Shown here: one piece after another, positions 49,120 to 61,774 of the stretch
How positions within the stretch are numbered: the first letter of the stretch is position 1
Layout: the number at the start of each line of letters is the position of its first letter
Source of the DNA: Heterodontus francisci
Lineage: Eukaryota
Assembly (NCBI RefSeq): GCF_036365525.1
Contig: NC_090387.1
Coordinates: 50,335,404-50,399,403, forward strand
Direction: 5' to 3'
DNA length: 64,000 nt
Position numbers and translations under genes: made by a program
Notes under the pieces: model-generated
What the model was told of the DNA's origin: nothing
The model's database searches: none
What the model saw: the letters and a program-made list of their open reading frames with translations, nothing else

Positions 49120-49207
49120 AAACCTTAGTGCTTGTGGAGGATACGATGTTTGTGATGAGATGGTGAAGCAAGATGTTATGACCCCCCTTATTGCACTGTT
49201 GCGGGAG
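49120..49207 (+). CDS. HEATR3: HEATR3 coding exon 3 ([29 protein letters not shown])
   Basis: Acceptor ttctagcag (NAGNAG); donor GAG|GTAAGC; 88 nt. Confidence 0.95.
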
Positions 49208-49289
49208 GTAAGCTCTTTGTGTAAAATGCAAATCCATATGCTCTTGTTTCATATTTTCTGCAATTTGCTTCCTTTGACGTCTTCCTCCA

Positions 49290-50525
49290 TAAGAATATAA
49301 ACAGGAACAGAAGTAAACCATTTGGCCCCTCGCATCTGCTCTGCCATTTAATAAATCTTCCACCTCATCTACGCCTTCCTGTACTATCCCCCCCACATCC
49401 CTTCATTCCCTTAGTATCCAAAAATGTATCGATCTCTAACCTGAAAATATATATATATATATATATATTGAGCATCTGCAGCTCTCTGCAGTGGAGTATT
49501 CCAAATATTCACAACCCTTTTGAGTGAAGAAACCTCTCCTCAACTTAGTCCTAAATGGCCAACCTGTTATTTTGACACTATGACCCCGAGTTCTAGACTC
49601 CTCAGCCAGTGAAACATTCTCCCAGCATCTACCCTGTCAAGACCCTTCAAAATTTTATGTTTTTTATTTTTTTATTTAGAGATACAGCACTGAAACAGGC
49701 CTTTCGGCCCACCGAGTCTGTGCCGACCATCAACCACCCATTTACACTAATCCCATATTCCTACCACATCCCCACCTATCCCTATATTCCCCTACCACCT
49801 ACCTATACTAGGGGAAATTTATAATGGCCAATTTACCTATCAACCTGCAAGTCTCTGGCTGTGGGAGGAAACCGGAGCACCTGGCGAAAACCCATGCAGA
49901 CACAGGGAGAACTTGCAAACTGCACACAGGCAGTACCCAGAATGGAACCCGGGTCGCTGGAGCTGTGAGGCTGCGGTGCTAATCACTGCGCCACTGTGCT
50001 CATTTCTCATTCATCTAAACTCCAGGGAATATGGGCCTAGTCTACTAGTCTACTCAATCTGTCCTCACAGGTCAGTCCCCTCCCTAGGAATCAGTCTAGT
50101 GAACCTTCTTTGCACTCCCTGTAAGACAAGTACATTCTTCCTTGGGTAAGGAGACCAAAACTGTACGCAGTACTCCAGCTGTAGTCTTACCAAGGCCCTA
50201 TACAATTTCAGTAAGACTTCTTTACTCCTAGCCTTTATTACAAAGTGGTTGGAGTATAACACACCATTTGTTTTCCTAATTGCTTGCTGTACCTGAATGT
50301 TAACTTTGTGTTTTGTGTACCCAAGGACACACAAATCTCTCTGAATACATTTCCCAGTCTCTCGCCATTTAAAAAATATTCTGCTTTTCAATTTTCCTAC
50401 CAAAGTGGATAACTTCACATTTCTCCACATTATATTCCATCTGCCACGTTCTTGCCCACTCATTTAACCTGTTTAAATCCTTTTGCAGCCTTTTTGCGTC
50501 CTCCTCACAGTTTACTTCCCCGTCT
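49290..50525 (-). mobile_element. CR1 LINE 3' portion, interrupted by a SINE
   Basis: LYRALVRLQLEYCVQFWSP...VQRRFTRLIP. Confidence 0.88.
49660..49999 (-). mobile_element. HE1-type V-SINE nested in CR1
   Basis: Same family; A-rich tail. Confidence 0.9.
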
Positions 50526-50838
50526 TTGCATCGCCAGCAAACTTGTGGTGTGTTGGTATCGGAGAATGTGTGGAATATTGGCCTTTGGCGTCTATATAGT
50601 CAACTGCTCAGAGAGGAGGGGAAGCAGCTGTGGAAAAATCCTGGTACCCTGACATTGGCGCAATTGAGAATTGGAACTCTCATATTGGGAATTGTTGCAG
50701 TGTAGCACTAAATGGCTCAGATGTTTGAATTCCATGGCAACATGTTACTTTTTCAATTTGTCCTCTTCAAGTACATGCTGAGAAGAACATAACTAACTTA
50801 AATCCCAATGAACTATTTCTGTTGCTTTTTGGTTACAG

Positions 50839-50951
50839 TGTTGTACGGGATTAGATGCAAATGTGGTCAGTCCACAAAAACAGAAAGGTGCAGATAAAAA
50901 CTATGTAGAGGACATAGCCAATGAGGCCATCCACCTTCTCTGGAATTTATG
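50839..50951 (+). CDS. HEATR3: HEATR3 coding exon 4 (CCTGLDANVVSPQKQKGADKNYVEDIANEAIHLLWNL)
   Basis: Acceptor ggttacag; donor TG|GTAAGT; 113 nt. Confidence 0.94.
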
Positions 50952-51856
50952 GTAAGTTTATTTTTCATCAAATGCAAAGAGTCAGAGTAATTAACAGTAA
51001 GCTGTCATTAATGTGCAAATATTTTAGTGCAGATTTTCTTGATCGCTCTTTAATGATTTTGCAGTGCAAACTTTATTATCACTTTTAAGGTAAGTAGTTT
51101 ATGTTTTGGAAAATGCCCATGATGGCATTTGGTAAGAAATCAAGCAGAAGTGTTCATTTCACCTCCTGCAGCATTGTACATTCTTATAAATTCTTTAACA
51201 GTACATTGCAAAATACTGCAGATAGAATTCCTGAGCCCTTGCCAGCAGCAAGGTACTGGGTCCATTAAGGACGTGGATCAGAAAATCATGGGTGCACTGC
51301 TCACTATTTCTATCCATTGATTTCAATGGATAGAGAGTTGTGGGCAGCACACCCATAGTTTTCAGCTCTCTACCCAGGGACCAGGCATCTTGATGGGTGA
51401 AGATTTGGAACATCTACTGCAGGATGTTGGATTCTGCTATTGGTTCTGCTCAAAACAGCCCAGTGGAATAATCAAGTAATACCTAAAGTTGGACATTGAT
51501 GTATGCTGTTCTAACACAGCAGCCACAAAATTTTTTGCTGCCTTTCAGGTTACCAACTAACAATTGTCCTCCAAGCATCAGCTAGGAATTGCTGCTGCTT
51601 TGATGAAGACAGTTGCTCCCAAAGTGACTTCCATTTTTACAAATTAATGTAAACATTATTTTGCTGCTCACGGGCGTATTTTGTTTGAGAAATATGCCTG
51701 ATGATGAGGTGCCGAATTCTGTGAGCTTAGATTGAAAAGGTGAATACTTTGTATACAGACATGAAGGGGTCTCAGCCCTGTAAACTAAACTAATATAATG
51801 TACTGTAATTGTATTGAAGAGAAGGGTTGATTGGCATTTTTCTCTTGTTTTCATAG

Positions 51857-51966
51857 TGAGAGCAGCAGCACAGCAGTGTCTGTCTTTAACAAAGAAGGTT
51901 TATTGGATGTCTGCATTCCGTGCTTGAGACAATTCAACACCAACGTAGAGCTAGCCATTTCTGCAG
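51857..51966 (+). CDS. HEATR3: HEATR3 coding exon 5 (CESSSTAVSVFNKEGLLDVCIPCLRQFNTNVELAISA)
   Basis: Acceptor ttgttttcatag; donor CAG|GTGAGT; 110 nt. Confidence 0.95.
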
Positions 51967-52279
51967 GTGAGTAGTCTTAACAAAAATAATTTAGTGTGTT
52001 GTGAGCGTGTTGGATTTATGGTAAAATTTTAAGATATGACTCACTTCATACAGTAGGTTAAACAAAAAGAATAATTAGAGGGAAAACCATTAGCAACCTT
52101 GAGTAAAATTTGAACAGTTTTCATGTTTAATTCCCGTTTAATTATTTTCTGTCTTTAAAAAAAAAAATGTTTCAATGGTGGATCCTGATGACTGCTTTCG
52201 AAGCATTGACAGTGACAATACCAACTAATGATTAAACTATCATTGACTTAGATCTGAGTGGGACATAAGTTTTAACATA

Positions 52280-52760
52280 GCAGTGTATAGGAAAGGACAA
52301 ATGTTTGGTCCATCTTGCCAGCCTCAGACTTCAAAATTAGAAAATACTTTCACAACTGATGTCGCTCCAAGTGATTTTTCTCACCAAATGACAGTCCTGC
52401 TCCCGCTTGAAACTTAACCTCGTTGCCTCACCGGGGAGTCCATTCTAAACACTATCACGCTCTTGTATCTGATCTCATTTTACCTTCCTTCCTTCTGAAC
52501 TTCTTCCTTCCCCACTTGTTGTCAACCACAAGGCCATGGTAAACAGTTTCTAAGTCTCATCTTGTCAATGCTCTTTAAGGATCTTAACTGATTCAGTAAC
52601 ATCCATTCTTCATCTTTGTCATAAACAAACTCAAACGCAGCTGATTGTAGCTCAGATGTCTGATACCACATGGGTAGCTTTTTGCTGCACCTTTTCCAGT
52701 ATTATGATGTGCTGCTACAACATGATGACAAGAATTGCACAGGAGTGCAGTTGTGTGTGT
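52280..52760 (-). mobile_element. Very old CR1-like fragment
   Basis: Decayed match to CR1 3' ORF/UTR (aattgcacaggagtgcagttgtg, ccattctaaacactatcac). Confidence 0.45.
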
Positions 52761-53139
52761 CGGCCCTTACGCCATGTTTACTCTGTCAAATATTGTAGAG
52801 CTTGGTCGGTATGGTGTCCTATTGTGTGAGCTCATGGAACTACCTTTTTTGTAGTGTTCTTCATACTATTCAATGCTATTCTGTTCTAATGCTAATTCTA
52901 TTCATACTCTTAACTGCATGCATATGCCTGTTTTGTTTAATTGAGACCAGGAAGCTATAGGTCAAGGCTGTTGATGGAAAATTGCAATGTGAATAATCAT
53001 TGTGAAGTCACAAGATATATTTTTTGCGTTCGGCATGTGGTCAAATTGGGCCTTAGTGGAGCACTCTGTGGCTTCCTTGGATCAATTTTGACATTAGTAA
53101 CATGCTACATTGGTGCATTTGTAGTTAACTTCAATATTT

Positions 53140-53550
53140 AGGAAAGACTAGCTCTTGTATAATGCATTCTCATGTCATTTGAAACATCTCAAAGCTCTTC
53201 ACATTCAACTGATCACCCTTGAAAAGCACTGTTATTATTGTAGGCAAATGCAGGTGGCAAAAGATCCTCAAAACAGCAATGAGATGAATGACCAGTTATT
53301 CTGTTTTTTATGATTGAAGGAGGAGTGTTGGTCCACTCGTTTGGGAGAGTTCCTCTGCTCTGTGAATAATGCTGTCCACCTGAACCACTGGAACAGATTG
53401 CTGCGGCTTCAGTTTTATTTCTGCTTCAAAGAACTCTGTGACAAGGCAGAATTCCCTCAATACTGCATTGAAGTGTTAGCCTAGATTATATTACTTGAAC
53501 CCATATCCTTCTGACTCAGGAAAAAATGCTCCCAATGGAGTCAAGCTGAC
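53140..53550 (-). mobile_element. DeuSINE copy
   Basis: Similar to 38695-39085. Confidence 0.65.
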
Positions 53551-54059
53551 ACTTAATATATGCAAAGGAGATGGACTTTAAATCCCCTAATGGGAGGACT
53601 GCCTACACACAATGTGTAGATGGGGTTTATTTTTCTTTCTGTAAAATTTTCATGTGAATGCTTCATAAATGAATTCTAGGATGATTTGTAAGAGGGGAGC
53701 TCCTTATTGAAACTACCCTGGGGAATGCTATTCACGTATTTTCCTAGGTATCTGTTTGATTTCCTGATTGCTTTGTGCCGAATAGCTCATCTGAATAGTC
53801 ATTGCCCAGTGACAGCAGTAATATATCTTGCACATTGTCCATGTTGAAAAATTAGGTGGTTGGTTTAGTAAGTGACAGTACAATTGTGTATCGCTCCAGT
53901 TATTTTAGCTGAAACAGAGCCTAGAAGAGAAATCGCATTCAAACATACAAAGAGCTTTGTTGAAAAGATGGAAAACGTTTTGTGAGAGTATTGGTTCATA
54001 CTGTACACTAATCAATTAAGTTCTAAAATGACTTACCTGCCTTGTACATACTAACTATT

Positions 54060-54385
54060 AGCACCAACCGTGGCTTAGTTGGTTGTACTCTCGCCTCTGA
54101 GTCAGAAGGTTGTGGGTTCAAGTCCCACTCCAGAAGCTTGAGCCTATAATCTAGACCAACACTGCAGTGTAGGACTGAGAGAATGCTGTGTTGCCAGAGG
54201 TGCCATCTTTTGATTGAGATCCCATCTGCTGTCTTGTGGACGTAAATGATTGCGTGGCACTATTCAAAGAAGAGCAGGGGCGTTCTCCTGGCCAAGCCAA
54301 CATTTATCAGTCAAGCAGCATCATTAAAACAAAATTATCTGGACATTATCACACTGCTGTTTATGGAACTTTTCTGTGAGCAGGT
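54060..54385 (+). mobile_element. DeuSINE copy
   Basis: A box tggcttagttgg; B box ggttcaagtcc; core aagaagagcaggg...ctcctgg...ttatc. Confidence 0.75.
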
Positions 54386-56343
54386 TTGGGAGTGAGAATG
54401 GCAATTGAGCTCTGTTTTTGTAATTAAAAGGGCAAGAATTTATGGGAGCATTCAGAGGTTGCAAAAGGGGCACAGATTGGTGAGAATTCTGAAAATTTGC
54501 TATCTTGAGTTGAAGCCAAACATTTGAAACCAAGTTATCAAACAGACCTGTAAAGACGATTGCAGGCAGACAAGCAACATGAATTGTATTTTAAATATTG
54601 CCAGTGTTGGAATTGCTTGTGTCTCGTTTAATTCTACTGGATAAGTTATTTTAAAATACTCAGTTCCATCGAAACTTGTACAATTGATTACAGGGGTTTC
54701 TTTCCATTGATGCCTTCTAGTTATCTTCATGAAAACTATGTAAGCAAATTTCAGCTGAAGATAAATGATTTCTTTTAGAACTGGTACAGTTTCTTTTCAA
54801 AATGGGTTGCTCCTGCAATGCTCAAGATGTCATCCAAAGCATTTTAGCTCTTCGCGTATCTTCAAATTTATTCTTCAATGACTTGCTTCTGATTTAATCA
54901 CTTTGGAAAATGGGATCATTTTTGAATTGAAGATGTTAAAACTCAGGTCATATAAATAAAGTTACCAGCAGATGGCCCATGACTGTGCTCCTGGGTAGTT
55001 TGACCCTGGAGAATGTTTGCGATAACTGCTAATCTGTCCTGTGCTTTTAAGGCCACTCCGCAAGTATTCGCCATGCAAATCTAGATAATTTTAGTTGCTT
55101 GTAAATTCTTCCAGTGAACTTGAGGCCAGTATATTGTTTGCAAGTTTCAAATTTTATAATTGGATTTGCTTTCTCTATCTAAAATTATTTTGTATCAAAA
55201 ACAAAGTATCACAGATGCATCCTGGATGCAAAACTCTTTATATATGCGTAGGTGTGCCATGATGATGCTCTCAGTAAGAGGCTATGATATGGATGAGGTG
55301 GGAAACTGAGGAAGGGGTGGACATTTCTAATTAAAGAATTTGGAAAGAAGTCCATTAGAGACCTGTCCAGAGAAAGCAACTTTTTTTTTATGATTGTTCA
55401 TGGAAAATGAATAATTCTGTTTTCCTTGCTCACTGCTGACAGATTATGGCAGGATCGCTCTTCAATCCTTGCTAAGTGATGGCCATTACATCAGACCCTA
55501 ACCTCATTTTAAACAGTTAAGCAAATCTATTAAATAATTCTGTAATATAATAATGAAATAAAAGCAAACCATCTCAAGCAACGCAAACTATGAATTTTTG
55601 AACTTCATCCATGATAATTAGTATTGTATAATTATTTATTGTAAATGAACAATGGTAGGTGCTGTAATTATTCAAAATAAATTGCAAAAGTGAAGATTCC
55701 ACTTTGAAATTGGTATTTTATTAAAAATGTTTGAACATAATTACCTAAATTGTATTTTTGAAGAAAATTACCCCAATAAAGAATTTAAGCATTACCTTTT
55801 TGTTCATTAATTAAGGATTGGGGAGGAACAGAATATGTATGATTGCAGTTATAGACAAAACATATAAAGAAATATCTCGGTATTGTTTATCCTATCAAAA
55901 GTTATTTCATTAGAATTCATGCATTACATTGCTTTCAGATTTCAAATCAGAAAAGCGTTTATTTTTAACATTCAAACTCCAAAATTATTTCCTGATCTGT
56001 TGTATGATTTTCTATTACTTGGAAATGAGATAAGGGAGCCAACTTGCAAGCATCAGCTGCTGGCACGTTCAATGAGTGACATCGTGCTGTTTTTAAAAAA
56101 AAAAAATGTCTTAAACTTATTGGGATGATGTTCAAAAGCTCATGATTTATGTTACTTTGAGATGGTTTGCTATTTTTGTCTATTATATTACATCTTCATT
56201 ATTTAATAAATTAATAGTTTAAAATGAGGATATGTTCTGATGTAATGTTTTTTCACTTATCAAGGATTTAAGAGAGATCCTGTGGAGGCATAAGAATAAG
56301 TCCAGGAGCTGAATAATAATTAACAGTGGTTTCTGATCATATT

Positions 56344-56672
56344 TAGAGTCATAGAGAGATACAGCACTGAAACAGGCCCTTCGGCCCACCGAGTCTGTGC
56401 TGACCAACAACCACCCATTTACACTAATCATACATTAATCCCATATTCCTTACCACATCCCTACCATTCTCCAACCACCTACCTACACTAGGGGCAATTT
56501 ACTTTGGCCAATTTACCTATCAACCTGCAAGTCTTTTGGCTGTGGGAGGAAACCGGAGCACCCGGCGGAAACCCACGCGGTCACAGGGAGAACTTGCAAA
56601 CTCCGCACAGGCAGTACCGAGAACTGAACCCGGGTTGCTGGAGCTGTGAGGCTGCGGTGCTAACCGCTGCCC
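56344..56672 (-). mobile_element. HE1-type V-SINE
   Basis: Same family; tail TCTATGACTCTA. Confidence 0.9.
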
Positions 56673-57030
56673 AGAGTGTCTGTCTGAATGTTTTATTTAC
56701 CTAACAAGGCTAGTGAAATCACTTTGAACGACATGGGGAGTCTATATATAAAATGAGTCCCAAGAAAGATCTAAATTAAAGATGGATAGAAAAGTTCCAA
56801 AAATTTTAATAGGATTGAATTTTAATTTAATCTTGGGCCTTGAATTATCAGGCTATTAATTGGCTGTGGAATGAAACAATGTCTCAAATAAAGGCTTTTT
56901 CTCCTGAAACTTCTGGTGGCTAATGGGAAAGGACCGTGGTTCTGAAGTAATTTTACACAGCTTGCTTTGCTACATTTTTTTGCAATGAATACAATCATAA
57001 CAGTTTACAGGACAGAAATAACTACTTTAA

Positions 57031-57345
57031 TAAAAGCAAAATACTGCGGATGCTGGAAATCTGAAATAAAAACAAGAAATGCTAGAAATACTCAGGTCTG
57101 GCAGCATCTGTGGAGAGAGAAGCAGAATTAATGTTTCAGGTCAGTGACCCTTCTTCAGAACTAGCAAATATTAGAAATGTGAAAGGTTATAAGCAAGTAA
57201 AGCGGGGGTGGAGCGAGAGATAACAAAGGAGAAGGTGTAGATAGGACAAGGTCACAGAATAGCTGACCAGAAGGTCATGGAGCAAAGGCAAACAATATGT
57301 TAATGGTGTGTTGAAAGGCAAAGATAGGGTGTTAACGGACTGAAG
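57031..57345 (-). mobile_element. Longer copy of the hammerhead-bearing repeat (Penelope-type 3' end)
   Basis: Minus strand AGTT-CTGAAGA-AGGGTCACTGACCT-GAAA-CA-TTA-ATT at 57126-57162, plus about 180 bp of extra element sequence; possible TSD AACTACTT. Confidence 0.75.
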
Positions 57346-57768
57346 GAAGAAGGAACTACTTGGTGTCTATGGCACTTATCTAAAGCAATTCCAAAAGCGA
57401 TCCTCCTCCTTTTCCCTGTTGTCTTTCCCTAGCCATGTATCTTTCACTGCTTTAAGTGTGAGGTGGGGAGGTGGGGGGGAAATCTTTTTGTATCCGGTTT
57501 CTTTGAATATGGAGTAAGGCAGGTAATACAATATAACTCTGCCCTTTGCAATTCCATCAATTTCCGCAAGCTAAAATATGTGTATCTGTTTTAATTTGAG
57601 CATAAAACTGACTGCTCATTTTTGAAAATAAACCCCCCCCCCCCCGTTCTTTTGTCAAGCTAAAAGTTCCATTATGGAGTTTACCAACTGTTTCTCCTTG
57701 AATGCAGTTGGTTGAGTTCATTACAAAGTGGCACGTAAGAAACTGAAATATGACCTGATCAGATTTCA

Positions 57769-57781
57769 TGCCATCTAGTGG
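57769..57781 (-). promoter_or_regulatory. Candidate CTCF site
   Basis: Minus strand CCACTAGATGGCA fits the CCACYAGRKGGCR core, in non-repetitive intron sequence. Confidence 0.4.
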
Positions 57782-58049
57782 TGTAAAGCATATTAAATTT
57801 ATGAAAGTTGTCCATACTTGAACATTTTAGGATAGCAATAAAAAATAGTGGGAAAAAATACAGAAAGTCTGAATGATGGTATTGATACTTTTAAAATTGC
57901 TTTCAGGTGCCTATTTAAAGTAACACAATCGTACAACATTTTGAAGTTATCAGGACTTGATTATATGTTTGTGGCATCACAACAAGCTGTGTTGGATATT
58001 CTGGACATGATGTGATGTCAGCCAGGGTAACCCCCTGATCCTGCTTCAA

Positions 58050-58720
58050 CAGTCCCACGGAATCGATGATGACTTGCTTCTACTTTGGTTTGACGGATTT
58101 TGAGATGGCTGATTAATCCAATGTGTGATCTGTAGACTCTGTCACATGAGGGGCAGGTGGTGCTTGGAGGGTCAGGTAGATGAATAATTTGGAGGTTTGT
58201 GTTCTCCCTCTGATGACTCGACTTTGTCTCCTCACGTTCCCAACGAAGTCCCTCGAGGTGTACGATGCCTTTTTGAATGAGCTTTCTCCATCTAGGACAG
58301 TCAGGAGTCTGGGACTCCCATGAGTTGTTAGGGGTGTTTGATCTCTTTAGGGATGTTTTGTCATAGAGACATACATGTATCTTTAAATACATCTGTAAAG
58401 CATTTCCGCTTTCCTCTTGGGAGTCTTCTGCTGTGACCAAGTTCCAAGTAGAACAGCTGCTTCAAGAGTCTGGTGTAAGGCATGTGGACAACATGTCCTC
58501 GCCCAGCGGAGCTGGTTTTGGATGATTAGTGCCCCGATGCTGGGTAGGTTGGCGTGGGAGAGGATGCTGCTGTTGGGTTGCCTTTCTTGCTACTGTATTT
58601 GGAGGATCTTGCGGAAGCAGCTCTGGTGGTACTTCTCCAGTGCTTTGAGGTGCCTGCTGTAGGTTGTCCAAGGCTCCAAAGCATATGGGAGTGCAGAGAT
58701 CACTGCTGCCCGGTAAAACA
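58050..58720 (-). mobile_element. RTE-clade LINE 3' fragment (same family as 18790-19860)
   Basis: TCPSCDRVYRSHIGLISHLKI zinc finger; RHLKALEKY. Confidence 0.85.
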
Positions 58721-59662
58721 GAGCATATCCACTCATTATCATTGGTGTCTATGAAATCTGTCTGTTTTAACACTAATTGGCGACTGTTTATTTGCTCATT
58801 CTCCACTGGATGTTTGCTGTATGTTAACAAATAATTCTGTGGAAAGAACGTTGCTTCTGATTGTGTATCTCAACAAAAAAGCAGGCACACTCTTGGGGTG
58901 GGAGTGGGGGTGTGTGGAAAGAATCAACAACTGTGTTTGCTCAAGTAAGTAGAGAATGCTTTATTTTTGAAGCGTTGCTCCTGTTTTTTTTTCCCAAAAG
59001 AAGGCATGGTGTGGGGTGGGATGATCTGTGGATTAGTGCTTATCTGTTGTTGCTTTCTCTTAATCATAAAATATATACAGTTTCAATTCAGTTGTGGATT
59101 TACTTGCTTTCATGTGTTGTTATGGCGATTCATGAAGCACTAGTTGTTTGGATTGCATTTCTAGGTCGACCTGGATCTGAATTCCCAAGTGAAGCTATCT
59201 AAAATACATTGTAGTGCTTTGATTACAATAATTTCAGCAGCCCGTGGTAGAATACGATCCACCTGTCTGTCTTAATTACAAGTCAGTTAATTGGTTATGT
59301 ATTGCACAAACCTCAAAATATGCTGCACTGCTTGTAATGCTGTTAACCTTCAGGCCCACTATTGCTGTTAGCAGTAACGCTTTTAGTTCGTCACCATTTT
59401 ATTGCAAGCTATGCTTGGTTGAAAGCTTTTAAAAACAGAAACACCTGCGTAGATTTTTTTTTTAAAGGACTCTAAAAGGAGAACTTGGGATTGAGATACA
59501 ATGATATAATTCAATCTGTAGGTACAAATTACATTTACAAACAGTTGAAGATGCATTCTTGTGATTTACATTATTTGAACCAGATTTATAATTCTTTAAA
59601 TGTGTATCTTCAATAACAAAAGAAATGACTAACTTTGAACCAGTAGATTCCAGAAGTAATCT

Positions 59663-59850
59663 ATTAGCGCCCCGATGCTGGGCAGGTTGATGTGGGAGAG
59701 GCCGCTGCTGTTGAATCACTTTTTTTGCCACTATTTGGAGGATCTTGTGGAGGCACCTCTGGTACTTCTCCAGTGCTTTGAGGTGCCTGCTATAGGTTGT
59801 CCAAGTCTCCAAAGCATATAGAAGCACAGGGATCACTGCTGCCTGGTGAA
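59663..59850 (-). mobile_element. RTE fragment, part of a local duplication
   Basis: AAVIPVLLYALETWTTYSRHLKALEKY. Confidence 0.8.
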
Positions 59851-61349
59851 ACAGAGCATATCTACTCGTTATCATTGGTGTCTGTGAAATCTGTGTGTTT
59901 TCACACTAATTGGCGACCGTTTATTTTTCAGTCTGTGCAAATTCGTAAAGAATATATATATTCACAGAACATTTTCTGCCAGTTGCAGCTCAATCAAATG
60001 TGAGCAGATAATCATTGAAGATCCATTGCATGCTGGGGGTTAGATATGTCTCCCTGGTTGATGTCATTAATAGGATTTAAAACCTAGATTCTTTGTATCG
60101 TGGGATTTTTGCTGCCAGTGATCAGCTTCTCCCAGTGGTTAACTTTGTCACCTTCCATTTTATTTACCTGGATAAACTGTGTCCTTTCTCACTTGCAGAT
60201 CAATAAGATGATGCATCTTCCAGTCTACCTGACTGGTCTTGCTTTTATATGACCTTTTTGAATATAATTCATGACAGCAGAGATGAAAAAGAATTTGCAA
60301 GCCATAATCTACATAGCTATGAAATAGTCCAGGTTCAGATGATTTATATAGCTCCAATTAGCCAGATTCTGCCCAACAAGCAGTAAATAAATTAAAATGA
60401 CTACCAAAATCCAATCAATAGACAGGAAATATCCCAGCAAGCTTTCTGGTCTGGCTCCAGCATTTCAGCCTGAAAGACGTACTGCTCCAGCACTTTACAG
60501 CTGCAGCATCTTGCCTTTCCTGCAGTCTCGCGTACTGCTTGGCAAAGACTGCAGGTGTTGCCTGGGTAGCACTGCACCGTCTGAGCTGGCCCCTCCCAAC
60601 AAACATCTTGTATGGTTAGCCAGGTCTGCTGCCAGCTGTATGTGATCTTGTCCAACAGCTGTCTTTACTTGTTGACTGCTGCCTAGCTGAAGCAGTCAGA
60701 CCCTGCAAAGTGCACTGTACATCAAGTTAGGGTGCTGGTTCTGTGGCTCCTTATTGCCCTTCCCCTGAGTAGGCAGGATGCAAAATGGCTACCCTGGCAT
60801 GAATTCAATGCAGCGTGGGACTATTATTCTACAACATCGAGCATCTGTGACTGCCCTATGTGGACAACTGGGAGGCACAGTCTCTGTGTGCTTCCTCACA
60901 GGCCTCTTTGTGGGGGTTACTGAATGGAACCTTTTTTTAAAGTCCCGCTTAGTTTTCACAGCATGAGCTCTCTGAACAGCTGGATACTGAGTGAATTTTA
61001 GCAGGCAATGTAGCACGACTCTGCACACCTCTACTGTGCTTGGAGCTAAAACAGCAGATCCCTGACTAGAGGCAGCCTGGCTCACTGACTTCAGGTAGGT
61101 GAAATCTCTGGTGAAGTATAATGCAAACAACATCTGCCACAGCTGCTGCCACAGATTTAGTGCACAATGGGCTTCCTTTCCTGGTTTTGACCTCATTTTT
61201 AAGTAGGTTATGCATAACTTCCTCATTTCGATGAGTCCCTAATTAAAAAAAACTTCAAAAGATGCAGTTGGTAAAATGCTCATTTCAGTTCATCATGAAC
61301 CCAATTCTGTTCTCGGCCAAATTCCACACAAATGTATTTGTAGCAAGGC

Positions 61350-61510
61350 AGTCACTGGATGGCAGTCAGAATGGAGAGCCCCAGTTGATTTCCCTTCCTG
61401 AATCCCTGAGTTATTGAGGTTAATTGCAGCATTCCTATTGCCACCTGCCTGAGTCCAGCACAGACTGGTTTTGAACCTGGATCCTTACTGGTGTTTGTGT
61501 GGCTCTGATG
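61350..61510 (-). mobile_element. LF-SINE-like ancient SINE
   Basis: Reverse complement reads gagccacacaaacaccag...ccaggttcaaaaccagtctgtgctg...gggaaatcaactgggg...ccagtgac. Confidence 0.5.
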
Positions 61511-61774
61511 CTGACTGGATATAATTGCTAAGCTTTGGATGCAGTTCTGACATTTTGAACTATCAAGACTAGTGTTAAAGGAACAGTGTGTGCACATCGA
61601 GGTGCAGAACCTGACCTGCATCAAACCACACTTCTAATTCATATAAGCTAGCTGTAATGATGCATAAATTAGTAAGAATCTTGCAGTCTCAGCAGTTTGT
61701 TCACTGTTTATACGTAAACTTTTTATGCACGTGACTGAATGTAACTAAGGTGGATTCAATGCTTCAATCCACAG

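Noticed and set aside
49447-49468. (TA)n microsatellite, plus poly-A/T/G/C runs elsewhere
   Set aside because: Ordinary simple repeats, mostly within or next to transposon remnants.
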